Assembly (NCBI RefSeq): GCF_009914755.1
Contig: NC_060940.1
Source: the human T2T-CHM13v2.0 reference genome, Homo sapiens
DNA: 64,000 nt
Strand: one strand, 5' to 3'
Part shown: piece by piece, positions 25,881 to 39,218 of the stretch
Position numbering within the stretch: position 1 is the stretch's first letter
Layout of the letters: each line of letters starts with the position of its first letter
The notes under the pieces: model-generated
The model's input: only the letters and a program-made list of their open reading frames with translations
Database searches by the model: none
What the model was told of the DNA's origin: nothing
Made by a program: the position numbers and the translations under genes

Positions 25881-26108
25881 CTGCTTTTGTTCTTCTCCAA
25901 GGCTGTCCCACATAGATGCTACAATTTTTGAGACCTCTCCAAAGGTTGCATTGGGGTTTTGACCTTTAATTGCAGCCTGTGTGTCTCTGAAAAACAGGGC
26001 ATATGCTGACACTGGCTTCTGTGGCTCATTGGGATCTTTCTTTTTCTTTTTCTTTGGAGTCTTGGGCTTCTTGCCAGAGTCTGGAGCAGCTCTTTTCTCT
26101 CCAATGGC
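25881..26108 (-). CDS. TOX3: TOX3 coding exon 5 (228 nt): poly-Lys NLS and HMG box helices 1-2
   Basis: Acceptor cctgctttgcag|GCC and donor CAG|gtgaga. [59 protein letters not shown] is the TOX-type HMG box. Confidence 0.98.
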
Positions 26109-28469
26109 CTGCAAAGCAGGAAGAAAATTCACTGCCTAGAATGTACTTGCAGAGAATGCAACAAGACTTAACTCAGATCCATAATTGTTCTTTGAAGGTT
26201 TTGTTAGGCATCATCAACAGATGAATCACCACCAAAAGCGGGGGAGGGGTAAACTTGCTTGGAGTTAACTAGACAGCAGAGATTAGCATTTAGAACATCG
26301 ATTAATGAGACCCAGAAGTATCTTCAATACGTTCACAACATATGCTCGAAATAGCAATTATGAGTAATGAAAAACAGAACACTCTGTACCAGGCAATGCT
26401 ATATATATGCTATACTACACATACATACATCAGCAAAATATTTTATATCTTCAGAGGTTTTAGAAGTAAAACCTAAATAATATTCAGGATGTTGATCATA
26501 TTCAAATATTTTAAATGAGGTCCCTAGCCATAGTCACATGCCATATGTGTGATCTGTCTGAATTGATTTTTTTTTTTGAGGCTGATTTTTTAATTTTACC
26601 AGAATGTTACTTTGCTAATGGCTCTCCAGAAATTCAAATGGAAGTTAGCTCCAATTTCTATACTTGCAGCATTAGGAAAAGGTCATCTTTATTTTCTAAA
26701 AATAATTTTCTGAAGATTAACAGCAAATGTAAAAATGTCAAAACTACTTTAAGTGGAGATAAAAGGGAAATTGATACTCTCCGTAAAATTAAAAACGTGT
26801 AAAAAAAAGAGCAATAGTTGATACTTAAAAATCACTAAGAAGACTAAAAAGAAGATGTTTGTTATTTATGGCAAGTAACCCTGCTCACAAGAATACTCCA
26901 TAGAGACTCACACACATTGACCATATGAACTCTGAGAGATCAGAACCACAAACTGATATGGGTATAGTTTCCCAATTTAAAGATGACTAAGCTCCATACT
27001 CACCAGCTACCACCATCTAAGTTCACTGATCATTTAACATACTTATCAGAGAAGCAGGGAAATGATTTGTAAACCTTGTTTTATTCCCCTAGATTACAAT
27101 ATCGAAGATAATTTTGCAGTTAACTTCATCAAGAATCCTGCAATGTTTGACAAAATCTGTTTTCAAAGCCAGCCTTGGGCAAGATCAACCAAGATAGATT
27201 CAAGTTACTAACAGATAGGCTTTTAATGACTTGAATTCTAATTCAAATTTTCCTAGAGTATTATTTACTTTCTAAATGAGGGTCATTTGGAACTTTCACT
27301 AAATTTTTACCATTTACTAAAATTCTTAGGGAGGAAACGGATAAGGAACTTTTCTTAGAGAGCTCTGAACACTCAAAGTGTTAAGAAACCACTGGCCTAC
27401 CTCTAGGTGAGCCTACTGTTTGCACTATTTAAGTGATAACAGCATCCACACTTTATCTGAGTAGTTTACAAGCTTCAGATGGTTTTAAGTCATATCTCAC
27501 TTCTCCTCCAAAATGCCATCTTTCATAACTCACACAATTGATTCAATAATTCTCTAGAGCCCATAGTCTTTTTTCTAAATTTTCAAAATAAGTGACACTT
27601 GTTTAATTCTACTTAATGAATGTGAATTTCCAAGAGAGTCAGATGCCTTTCAGTTAGAGCTTCACCTGGAGCCAAGTTTTCCTTCAATGAAAAACATTAT
27701 TTAAACAAGAAAAACTATATACAGACACACATATTTTTCTAGTTGAGTCAAACAACTATATTCTTCTCCTGGAAGAAAATCTGGCACTGTTAGTGCCACA
27801 ATACCCTGACCAATGGCAAGTTGCTATTACTTTCCAGAGTAGCTTTTTTTCCAAATAAGAGGAGTTCAATTTCATTCTCTGTAAAACAATATTCAAATGT
27901 CGACCACCTTTGACGCCTTTCTTGGATAACCATGATGTGCCCTAATCATTATTATTTTTTAAGAATAAACAAGAAATGTGGAGTCTCACATTTTAAACAA
28001 AAATTCAGAATTAATTCTCCTAAGGAAATTTTTGTGTCATTGACTTAAAAGGGTTGAGACAGAAAGCTGGAGAAAAAGATTTACCCCAAAGAGACATAAT
28101 CAATGATAGTTTTAATCTTCCTTTCTCAGCTAAGATTCAATGAAGATACATTGGCTGTATTGCCTTTACACAAAACCTAGACCCTCGCTTAAAATGGAGC
28201 AAGCTAGGAGTCCCATAAGAGGTCCTCTTTAAGACATGACAATTTCAGTATGGTACAGTGGCAAGTATGAAGATCAGCGGACGTGTGATTGGAGGGAAAG
28301 GAATCCCTCTCAACTGTAATGGCTAAGCTGTTACCTAACCCCATCTGATCATATCCCTCAAGAGTCTTTAACCATTACTTCTCAATCCTCTGGACTGAAG
28401 TTCTGTGACTGTGAGAAGACTGTCAGTGTATTTACCATTCCTGGGCCCAATGGGGGTGCTAACATGATG

Positions 28470-29570
28470 TTATAGAATAAACCCTTCATCTTGAAACCCC
28501 TTCAATTTCTGCAGCATCACTTGAACCTCCCTTCTCTGTTCCTCATCACTCTTAATCTTCTCTAGCTCCTCTTCTTCCTTTTGCTACTTAGAAATAGATG
28601 ATGCTCAGGGTTCTGTCCTTGACTTACTCCTTAATACTCTCTGAGAAGTCCTGATTACTTTCACATCTTCTCATCCACGTGCTGATGGTCCCAAAATCTA
28701 TAGTTCCAGTTCCCCATGACTGAGTTCTAGACTCCAATGTAAGCACGTCAAATTCAACTCTAACATCCCAAACTCTCATGTTCCCCATGGGGGAGAACAC
28801 TCCTCTCTTTGTGGGTTGCTCCTCTCATTTGCTGATAGCCATTCTGGCTCTCAAACTAAAACCCAATTTGTCTCTTCTTCAAATTCCAGTGGATCACCAA
28901 ATCCTTAAAATCTTTATGATTTTCACTCCTAAAATGCCTGCTAATCTGGTACCTTCTGTTCATTCCCTCCCTTGATGAAAGGAAACATAACAAAAGAGTC
29001 TTCTAATTAATTTCCTTTTCTTTGGTCCCTCCCTTTATAAGGCATTCTCTATATAGCCAAAGTTGTCTCTCTAAAGCATAAATTACTTATGCCATTCCTC
29101 GATGCAAATAATTAATCAGCTCTCAGCTACCAACAGAAGAAAGACCACCACATTTAAGCCATTTCGTTCTTCAACTTCTATTTCTCTCTTCCCCCATATC
29201 GAACTTCACTATACCCATAAATAGCATGTACTTCCACTGTTCCTCACTAGCCCCCAACCAAAATGCTGGCCTCTGTCTTCTGCCTCACAAACTTTTATTC
29301 ATCCTCTTAGACCTAATTCAAATATCACTTTCTCAGTAAAGTCTTCCTCAAATCACTCTCCCAAGCAGAATCGATTAGAATCTCAGCACACCAGATACAT
29401 CAATTATATCACTAATCACATATGGAGCTAGTTTTAAACATTGCTATTCATCCCCAAAGGGGAATCTCATTAGCAGTAATTCTCTTATAAATCTTTGTAT
29501 CACAAGAACCAAACAAAATGCCAAGCACAGAGTAGGTATACAGCACATAATTAATAAGTGACTAATGAGT
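28470..29570 (+). mobile_element. L2 remnant
   Basis: ctcagggttctgtcctt, gctgatggtcccaaaatcta, and 3' end atgccaagcacagagtaggta...taagtgactaatga. Confidence 0.65.
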
Positions 29571-30163
29571 AATTATGTACTATTACAGTACTCTTTTTCA
29601 TCATTCTAAGCATTTGGAAAAGTCATACTGGAACACAGTTTTTATTTCAAACTTTGTATCATTTCAAATTATACATTTCCCATGACAAAGGCAAAAATGT
29701 AAGATGAAGAGAATGAACTCAGCGATAAACATCACCGAAGCCGCAAGGCTGTCAAATGTGGCAGCAGCTTGACCAACACACTGGATGAAACTTGCTCACA
29801 TGGACATTAACTTAGAACCAGAGCAGTTTAGAATTTCTGGAATGTCTAGAATTTCTGGAAATTTGTAGCAGGGAGTCCAAGCCTTCCTTTTGCAGATTAG
29901 AAAAATTGGGCCTACAAGAATTAAATAACATGTCCAATGCCTTACAGCTATAGTAGGAGAAGCCAGATCTCTCAATTTCCAGTCCAATATACTTTCTACA
30001 GAAAATAAATGAAAGAGTGAAGAAAAACAACAAACCATCATACATTTAAATGCTACTCCAAATCCATGAAGACAAACAAGATAACACCATGAATGAAATT
30101 CAAACAGCATGGGGTAATCCCATATTCTCTGGCAGGTTACACACTAAGGCAGTTCTAACTTAC

Positions 30164-30433
30164 TCTGTTGGCTTCATCAGCATCCTCTTCATTGATGGAG
30201 CTGGAAGGGGAGGGAGTGGCTGATTTGCTTGCTGGAGGTGAAGGAGATGTGTGAGGCATACTGGCACCTCCCAAATTCAACCCCAACTGGGCGCTGAGCT
30301 GAGACTGGTTGATGGTGGTGAGCTGGGCAGGAGGCATGACCCCAGAACGCGCAGCATCGGTCATGTGGACGATGGACCGCATGATCAGGGAGGGATCCTG
30401 CCGGTACTGGGACACTTGTGTGTGGCTCTGATC
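30164..30433 (-). CDS. TOX3: TOX3 coding exon 4 (270 nt, [10 protein letters not shown]...[28 protein letters not shown])
   Basis: Acceptor gcctttctag|GAT and donor AGA|gtaagt. Contains the TOX-family [15 protein letters not shown] and [11 protein letters not shown] motifs. ORF 30155..30415. Confidence 0.97.
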
Positions 30434-30678
30434 CTAGAAAGGCAGCAACAAAGGGGGAAAATATTTCAGCTTTTCCAGATATCAGTGAACTTATCAGGTT
30501 AGCATCTCCTTAGATAGGTTTGAACTGTTGCAATGTTGATAGGTCTGACCTATTGCAGGATGATGGTCTCCGTTCATTTATTAAATATAAGGACCCATGC
30601 CAAGAAGTTGAAAGTTGAGAAGCACAAAATCCAAATATCCAGAACAGAATATTTCATTATAGAACTGTCAGTGGATGT

Positions 30679-30742
30679 GGAAGGAAGGAAGGAAGGAAGG
30701 AAGGAAGGAAGGAAGGAAGGAAGGAAGGAAGGAAGGAAGGAA
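30679..30742. repeat. (GGAA)16 microsatellite
   Basis: 64 nt of perfect GGAA. Confidence 0.97.
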
Positions 30743-31733
30743 AAAAAGAAGAAAGGAAATTAGAAAAACTAAATATAATCTTTCATCTCTTGTTTCTTAT
30801 TGAGTAAACTGGTGGCAGGGAAAGGGCTGAAGCAGAGACCGCACCCATTTAGGCTCATCCATTAGTTTACCATCCTTCTCAAACATGTAGCTGTTATGAG
30901 AGAAGGCGAAGCCATTCTTTATTTTATTCTCCCAGAAATGCACAGGGCACGCAGAGGATGGGCCAGCAAAGCATAGAGCTTTAGTTTCACAGAGCAAACA
31001 TCTGTTTGCTTTAGGGCACCCTTTCTGTGAAATCCTCTGTGGTTAACCAGACGGTCATTCCGATTCTGAATTACATTGTCAGCGGCATCTGGAAGTCATT
31101 CAATGTCTTTTGGATTGGATATCACTTTTTTCACTTAAACTTACTTTGTTTTCTTTTGTTCAATCCATCATGATTTAATGTACTAATGAATTTCTTCATA
31201 AATACGTAAAAAAAGATGGTAGAAACCATCAGAAATAGCTTTTTCTGAAACTTATTGCAGTTACTTCAAATGCAGCTTTCTCTGTTCTTGGTAGTCATAC
31301 AGAAAGGCCTTATAGTTGTTACTGCTTATTCTCTATTTTTTTTTAATTCCAAAGAATCAAAAAATGAAGACATGTTTTTCAAATGACTTACTTTAAGACA
31401 TGTCATTTGGAGTGAGTCTGTGATTTTGCTGAAACCAAATTCTCTTGACTCACAGTGACCCAGAATCTAATTTTATACACAAGCCTATGAATTCTTAACT
31501 GTTCCTTTTTTGAGTCCTTCCGATAAGGCTTATTTTTGCTCTTTAAAGAAGCGGAATGAATTGTAAATAACTAAATTGGAGCATTTGGTTTCTTCATATT
31601 AAATATATAAATGCCACTCAATGAGAAGATCTATCAAAGAAAACTAGTTGAATAAATTATGGTCTACCCATACGTCAAAGTGTTATGAAGCTTTTAAAAA
31701 TAATGAATTAGATTTATGTGCATTGACCTAGGG

Positions 31734-31967
31734 CAGAGTTTCTCAATTTCAGCTCTCTTGACATTTTGGACCAGATAATTTTTATTGTAAGGGCTTGTCC
31801 TGCATATTGAGGGGGCTTGTCCTGCATATTGTAGGTACTCAGATGCATCCCCAGCCTCTTCCCACTAGATGCTAACAACGTCCCTCCCCGTACCAGTCAT
31901 GACAATGAAAAATGTCTCCAGACTTTGCCCCAGGCGGGGCAAAACCACTCCCAGTTGAGAACCACTA
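31734..31967 (-). mobile_element. MER20 (hAT-Charlie) nested in an old L1M fragment (~31640-32170)
   Basis: cagagtttctcaa...aaaatgtctccagac...gttgagaaccacta. Internal 19-bp direct duplication at 31791-31809 and 31813-31831. Confidence 0.85.
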
Positions 31968-32183
31968 ACCTACCCAAGATACAGTACATAAAAGGCAAGT
32001 TAAAAAATAACTATACAGGACAGCCTTGTTTTCTTTGGGAAAAAAAAAAGTGTATCCTAACATTAACAATGGTTACATTATAAGGGGTAGAATGGGAGGG
32101 GCAAGGAGGGGAGAGTTTCAACTTTTTCTACGTACATGTGTATGCTGTTTTGATAAGCTGTGACCACAATACAAAAGTAAACA

Positions 32184-32588
32184 TTGTTCAATTCCCACCT
32201 ATGAGTGAGAACATGCGGTGTTTGGTTTTTTGTCCTTGTGATAGATTGCTGAGAACAATGGTTTCCAGTTTCATCCATGTACCTATAAAGGACATGAACT
32301 CTTCATTTTTTATGGCTGCATAGTATTCCATAGTGTATATGTGCCACATTTTCTTAATCCAGTCTATTGTTGTTGGACATTTGGGTTGGTTCCAAGTCTT
32401 TGCTATTGTTGTGGGGTGGGGGGAATGGGGAGGGATAGCATTAGGAGATATACCTAATGCTAAATGACGAGTTAATGGGTGCAGCACACCAACATGGCAT
32501 GTGTATACATATATAACAAACCTGCACATTGTGCACATGTACCCTAAAACTTAAAGTATAATAATAATAAAAAAAAGAAATGGAAAAA
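32184..32588. mobile_element. 5'-inverted (twin-primed) truncated L1PA (approx. PA3-4)
   Basis: 32182-32409 is the ORF2 C-terminus in minus orientation; 32407-32588 is the 3'UTR and A-tail in plus orientation. TSD aaaagtaaaca at 32173-32183 and 32589-32599. Confidence 0.93.
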
Positions 32589-33016
32589 AAAAGTAAACAA
32601 AAACTAAAACACTTTAATCAGAAAAAAAAGGAAGATAATGCAAGTGGTTAAAAGAGTCTGCCAACAAGTGTTAGAATATTAAATACATACATTTCCCATT
32701 TCTTAATAATTTCCGAATAATTACTGTGAAATCCTGGAGGAAAGTGTCACAAGTATCAGAACACCACACTCCCTTATATCACCGGCAGTGTTCTCCTTCG
32801 TTGTTCCTACAATATTACGTTCTACTTGCAGGTGTCTTTCTACAGATTGTGTGGATTTTATGTTATCTGTTCATCCTAATTATCTTTTTTTATTGGAATT
32901 CTACCACATTTGCTCATTTCTCCTAGAAAATCTGAGCTATCTATTCAGTCTTCCATGTTCTCTTGAAGTGTAACCACTGCTCACTGACATAACTTCCACC
33001 CCCACACTACTGGTAA

Positions 33017-33366
<350 letters not shown>

Positions 33367-35125
33367 CAGAATGCTTTTTAAAAATCTTTCCATCTTATTT
33401 AAATCTAGATGTTTTAAAGTATCTACAGGCAAATTCTAGGGCACATTTAAATGAAGTATTTTAATTCTGACTGTATAATACTAAATTAGTTAACTGGTAT
33501 GGTCATGAAATGTGATCATCTGATTTATGCAGTTTTCTCATTAGCAGAGAGTTACTTTGCTCTCTTTGCTCCAATGCCTGTGAAAATTTGCACATATAGG
33601 TGCTCGATTGACTCACCCCACACCTAGAGCATTTTTCAGATGGCTATCATGGCCAAACACAAGCATGTCTCCTTGGCTTTGTCAGCCCTTCCTGAATTCC
33701 ATCTGCAATTTATGCCTTTATTATGGATCTTGTTGCTGGGGAGCTCCTGCTGATAGACAGCCAAGGTTCACTGTACTAAAAAGGGAGTTTTACTGTGTGT
33801 TTATTACTATGAGCCAGCATTTGTGCTAAGCTTAATATGCACTTTCTAATTTAATCCCCTAGATTGCTTTCTGCATTAGATACTAGTACTATACTTATTC
33901 TTAGACAGATAAGAATGATTCCCCAGGCCCCCAAGCTAGCTAGTGAATGCTTGACAGAAAACCTGGGCCCTAGAGAGCCATGGTATCTTCACGGTAGAGG
34001 CATGTCCCGGCAGAGATAGATGAATAAGACTCTGGGATCTCCACTGCCATCATCCCCCTTTAACAAAATCAACTCCATTTCCATTTGTTTTATAAATTGA
34101 GGTTCCTCATAATATTTCATTACAAAAAAAAAAAAGATTATTTTGCAGTGTGACAGTATGGAAACCACTCCTGAAGAGTACTGGTGGTGGGGCCAAGGCC
34201 TTGCCAAAACTTAGAGTCATCCACATAGTCTTCAGATCCAAAAAGATGCCATCTCCCACTGGACAAGATACCAAGGGCCTCTAGACTATTTTTAAAGTAA
34301 CCTCTGACCCACATAATTGATGCATCAAAATGTGCCACCACTCACCACGGTTCACAGTTATCCCATAATCACCTCCTATGAGTGAAGATTATAGTATAAG
34401 ACGATTAATGGCTAAAGTGTCTCTTTGGAAATTCAAGCTCTTTTAGGGCCACAAATTATTAACAACTGCCTTGGGGAACTTGAGGATCCTCAACAGCTCC
34501 AATCATTTTCCATAAAAGTAACCTTTAAAAGATGTTACCCTTGATCTTAGGACTACCACATAAAAAGAGGAAGATGTCAGCTCAGTATAAAAGTATTTAC
34601 TGAGCCCCTACTATGTATCAGGCCAGAGAAGGCAATATATCAAACCTTATATCTTTGAGAACCAGGAAATTACCATGCGATTATTTTACACATTAAACAA
34701 AATCCTGAATGGATGAACAAATTTACTACAACATAATGTAGGCCAGAATAATTTTTATATACTCCCACCAAAATTGCTCACAATTTTTCCCAGTAGTAAT
34801 GACACAATAAGGAAATGTATAACTATGAATATAGCCCAGAGAAATTTAATGTGATTTTGTTAATATTACTTCTTACTTACAAAAATTAAGTCCTGAAAGA
34901 TTTACCAGTGATCATTTAAAGGCAAAGCAGCTATTGGGTTCTAAGAGATTGCCCACTATCATAACCAACAATAAGAGCTGAATGCTGGTAGCTTTTTCAA
35001 CTCCTTTCACAATTACATTTTATATGTAATGTTCCTTTATATAGTTTCCTAAATTTTTCAGTATTTGGGAAAAACTCATTCTCTCTGCCTTGTCTCGTTT
35101 TGTCTTCTAATTGGCGATATTAGAT

Positions 35126-35336
35126 AAGAGTTTCTCAGCCTGAGTGGTACTGACATTTGGGTCTGGATGATCCTTTGTTGGGGGAGGGGCATTCTGTACA
35201 TTATAGAATATTTAGCAGCATCTCTGGCCTCTACCCACTAGATACCAGTAGCCGCCCTTTCCCTACCGGGCTGTGACAACCAAAATGTATACAGACATTA
35301 GCAAATGTCAAAATCCCCTTCATTTGCAAATTACTG
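35126..35336 (-). mobile_element. MER20
   Basis: tttagcagcatctctggcctctacccactagataccagtagc. Degenerate 8-bp TSD tattagat/tattagac. Confidence 0.85.
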
Positions 35337-35419
35337 TATTAGACAAATATCATAAAAATCATCTCCTTGGGGGAGGCAGGTAGTGAATGTTCAAAGCTTA
35401 TATTCTTTTCCTAAAAATA

Positions 35420-36100
35420 GAAAGCATCCACATAAACAAGATTCCAACTGTGATAAATATTGGGAAGAAAATAAATAGGTTATACAAAAGAGAGTTATTG
35501 GGGAAGGATGGCTACATTTGATTGGGTCAATAGGAAAGGCCTCTCAAAAAAGATAGTATTTGAGCTGATGCTGAAGGATGGGGAGAAGCCAACTGTGAAG
35601 TGAAGGGAAAAGCATGTCTCATGCAGAGGGAACAGCATGTGCAAGGTCTGAAGTGGGAGAGATCTTGACATGCTTGAGAAATGAAAAGGTGGACAGGAAA
35701 GCTGGGTGCAGGGTAGGCAAGGTAAAGGGTGAAATGCAATAGGCTTGGAGAGACTGGCCTCATTGTGTAAGGTGGGGAAATCATGGGATGCTTCCCCGAA
35801 GAGGTGACCTACTATGCTGAGGTATAAAGGGAAGTAGAAGCTAACCAAGCCAGGGCATCCCAGACAGAGATGAACATGTACCCAAACCTGGGGCATGGGC
35901 AAACATACTGCCGATAAGGAAATGACAGTCCAGTGTGACTGGGCCAGGAAGAGCATAGCTGGCTATGAGGCTGGAACGGCAAGTCATGGCCATAAAGTGA
36001 CAAGGTTTATTGTCTGGGTTAGGAAGTCTGGATTATATTCACAGTGTAGAAGGCTGCCATTGAAAGTTTAAAGCATGGTATATATCTGGTGGGACTATTC
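35420..36100 (-). mobile_element. L2 remnant(s)
   Basis: tttgagctgatgctgaaggatg...gcagagggaacagcatgtgcaaggtctg, a typical reverse L2 motif. Confidence 0.7.
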
Positions 36101-38914
36101 ATTGCAATAAATATTAACTGACCATACCTCATGGACAACCAACCCATCTAAATCAATTGCGGACATTTCTATTTAGTTTAAATATAAATGTATAGCCTGC
36201 CACCTCAATCTGTGTTTCGAAGAATACCCAAAGATTAACATTTGCAGTCACAGAAGGTCACTCAGAGTGGGTGGGCCATGGATCTCATAAAATGCTCTCA
36301 CTAATAGGAGGGGCATTGCCTTCTATCTATTGGCCTATATGATTCATGCCTGTGGTGTTCAACAAAGCCTTCTGGTTTCTGTATGCCTTGGTGGGGGTAG
36401 GGGAGTGCCTGGCGGAGGCTCGCCTCTCTCTCCACCTGATGAAAGAGCCTCTTTGTCTTTTTTAAACAGGAAAAATCCAATGAATGGATATTTTGGGTAG
36501 CAATCCCTCATTTTCTTAAATTGCCTGAAACCCAGTCTATTATTGAACATTAATCATTTGAGTGAACGGTTAAAATCTGAATAATGTTATATTAATAAGG
36601 AAACTTTAGATCACTAACATAAATGAAAAATTAAAATCACTCATGGCCAATAGAATGCCAAATAAACACCAGGAAAAGAAAACAATACTGTTATAGTCAG
36701 TGTGGATACTGGGGCCTGCCTAAGGCTCTGGGCCTGAGTTCTGCTTTCTTTAACTTAAGAAGGCAAAAGAAAGGTGTGAAAGACTTAATTAGCCCCAAAC
36801 TGAGTCTTTCTCCTGGACTTAATCAAGATTAAAAGAGAATTGAAAGGTGAAAAACTTCCTTACTGTGTAAGTCACTATGTTATAATATCATGTTTGTACT
36901 TCATATGAAGATATGTCTTAGGGTAGCAGGATATGAGAAGAGAATGGATAAAACTTGCTCTAATTTCCTTAAATGAGAAAACTCTACATATTTAAATCCT
37001 TTTCACTCATTTTTTCAAACCTGGAGCAGTGCTACATTTATCTTTGTGCTGCACAATTAGTAGTCCATAGCTATACATACTACGGTCTTGCTTTGTTTTG
37101 TTTCTTTTTGCAAATCTAAGATATAAGCTTTCACCCTGACATTTTATTGTAAATATTACACATTATTATTCTATATTATGTGTTTATACTTATTACAATG
37201 GCACTTACACTTGGGTTGATTTCATCATTAAAATTTTTTTAAATTCTAATATGCAAATGTGTTTAATGCATCTTCTATCTATACTTACACAGAAATATTC
37301 TCCATAACGATCCAATATTAGGTTTTCAAAATAGAGCATAACATCCAATTAAGAAGCAACTAACCCAAATATATTAGAGTGTGACTAAATATATTTTCAC
37401 TGTGCCAGTTTTTAATCAATATTTCTTGAGAAATGAAGTAATTAAACAATTATCAGCAATAAAAATTACTTTGTATTCATAAATATCAGAGTTAACTGCA
37501 AATAGGAAATGCAGGCCAGTAATTTTATCTTCAATTATTTAGTTATGTCTTATAGCAATGTTAAAATTTTATTTCCAAATTAACAACGATCAAATAGTTA
37601 TGCATAGCTACTACTTTTGTAACTCCAATGGACCCTGACACAGTAATGCCAAATGCATACCAATGATAATTACAGACCTGCATACCACCACCTTTATACT
37701 CATCAAAATATCTGCACTGAAATAGATCATTTTTACTTAATAACTACTCTCAGGGTTGTAATCAGACATACCTACCCATGAAAGTTTTGTAAAAAACAGT
37801 GTTCCCTAAAGTTAATTAATAGTTTCTTGGCAAAATAAAATTTTCAAGAGTTTATTATGAACACTTAATGGTAGTTTACTCATGTACCCTGCAACTGCCT
37901 TTGTTTTACCAAAGGGACAACTCCACACTTATTTTATTCAGTCCTAAATTAAAATTTTAAAGAGCAATTCCACTTTTTATAGCTGTTGATACTTCAAGCC
38001 CCCTCCCCTCCATTTTAACTTAGCAGTCTAAGTATGCTCTTAATAACAAGTAAATGTTCTTTCATTGTCCTTTTATTAATTTATATATTGAACAAATGAA
38101 ATATTTATTGAAAGCCAAGTATATTCCAGGCCCAGGGACGACACCAAACAGACCCAAGGAGCACTTGCCTTCCTGGAGCTTCTATTCTGGTAGGGAGGAG
38201 ACAGATGGGAAGCAAGCAAAGGAAACCATTGCAAAGGACGACAAGGGCTGTGAATAAAAGGAACAGGGGTAATGGCATACAGAGTAACTCTCACCTCTCC
38301 AAAAAATATTTGAGCCATCATGTCAGTCTTATGTGGGAATCTAAGTGCTGTAAAAGGGTGTCTTTGCTGTCTCTGAACCATCACTAAGTACTACAATACT
38401 TAACTGTAGATGATCTATGTTAAAAAGAAGATACAGGGAAATAAACCACAGCCAGCCTTCTCATAACATTTTCCTTTAAATGTTATAAACTAAACAATAA
38501 TCATGTATCACACTGCACAAGGTCTAATTAGGTTTAGTAGAAGTTTGGAACACAGTCCTACTTTGACAGATGACCCTCAGGTTAACTCAGCCCTAAAGAC
38601 AATTCCTATCTGTTCAGAGTCAGTAGTATGCACAGGCCAAGAATAAAGAATATTTATTTTAAGCTCAGTGTGGTACAAGGCTCTACAAAGAAGGCAGCTT
38701 GTAAAAGTGTCTGTGGCCTGGGTATTTTTGGCAGACAATTATCAAGGTATAGTAACAGCTAAATTAAAGTTGGTTTTTGACAATAAGCTTCTTTCAGGCA
38801 GCAGTCAGATTGAATCTCTGTAATTCATTGAGGGGACACTGGTAGTCAAAAAAAAAGAAAGAAACACAAAACAATTTCACAAACAGTATAATCAATCTCT
38901 AATGATTAAAAACA

Positions 38915-39218
38915 GGCCAGGTGCAGTGGCTCATGCCTCTAATCACAGCACTTTGGGAGGCCAAGACAGGAGAACAGCTGGAAGCCAGGAATTCAAGACC
39001 AGCCTGGGCAACTGAGAGCAAGGCCCTGTCTCTATAATAATTTTAAAAACTAGCTGGACATGGTGGCACACACCTGTAGTCCAAGATACTCGAGAAGCTG
39101 AGGATCGCTTGAACACGGGAGTTCGAGACTGCAATGAGCTATGATCATACCACTGTACCTCAGCCTGAGTGACAGAGTAAGATCCTCTCTCTAAAAAATA
39201 TGTAAAATTAAAAAAAAT
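38915..39218 (+). mobile_element. AluJ
   Basis: Diverged dimer with the AluJ-type gcaatgagctatgatc. Confidence 0.9.

Noticed and set aside
25830-26132. ORF-track boundaries for TOX3 exons (also 30155, 43793, 19865)
   Set aside because: They run into introns or start internally. Splice-site-defined coordinates were used instead.
32188-32538. 116-aa ORF ending in the L1 ORF2p C-terminus
   Set aside because: Artefact of the inverted L1; an antisense 3'UTR fused to an ORF2 fragment with no promoter.
35495-35956. 153-aa minus-strand ORF
   Set aside because: Lies in a decayed L2 element, with low-information composition.
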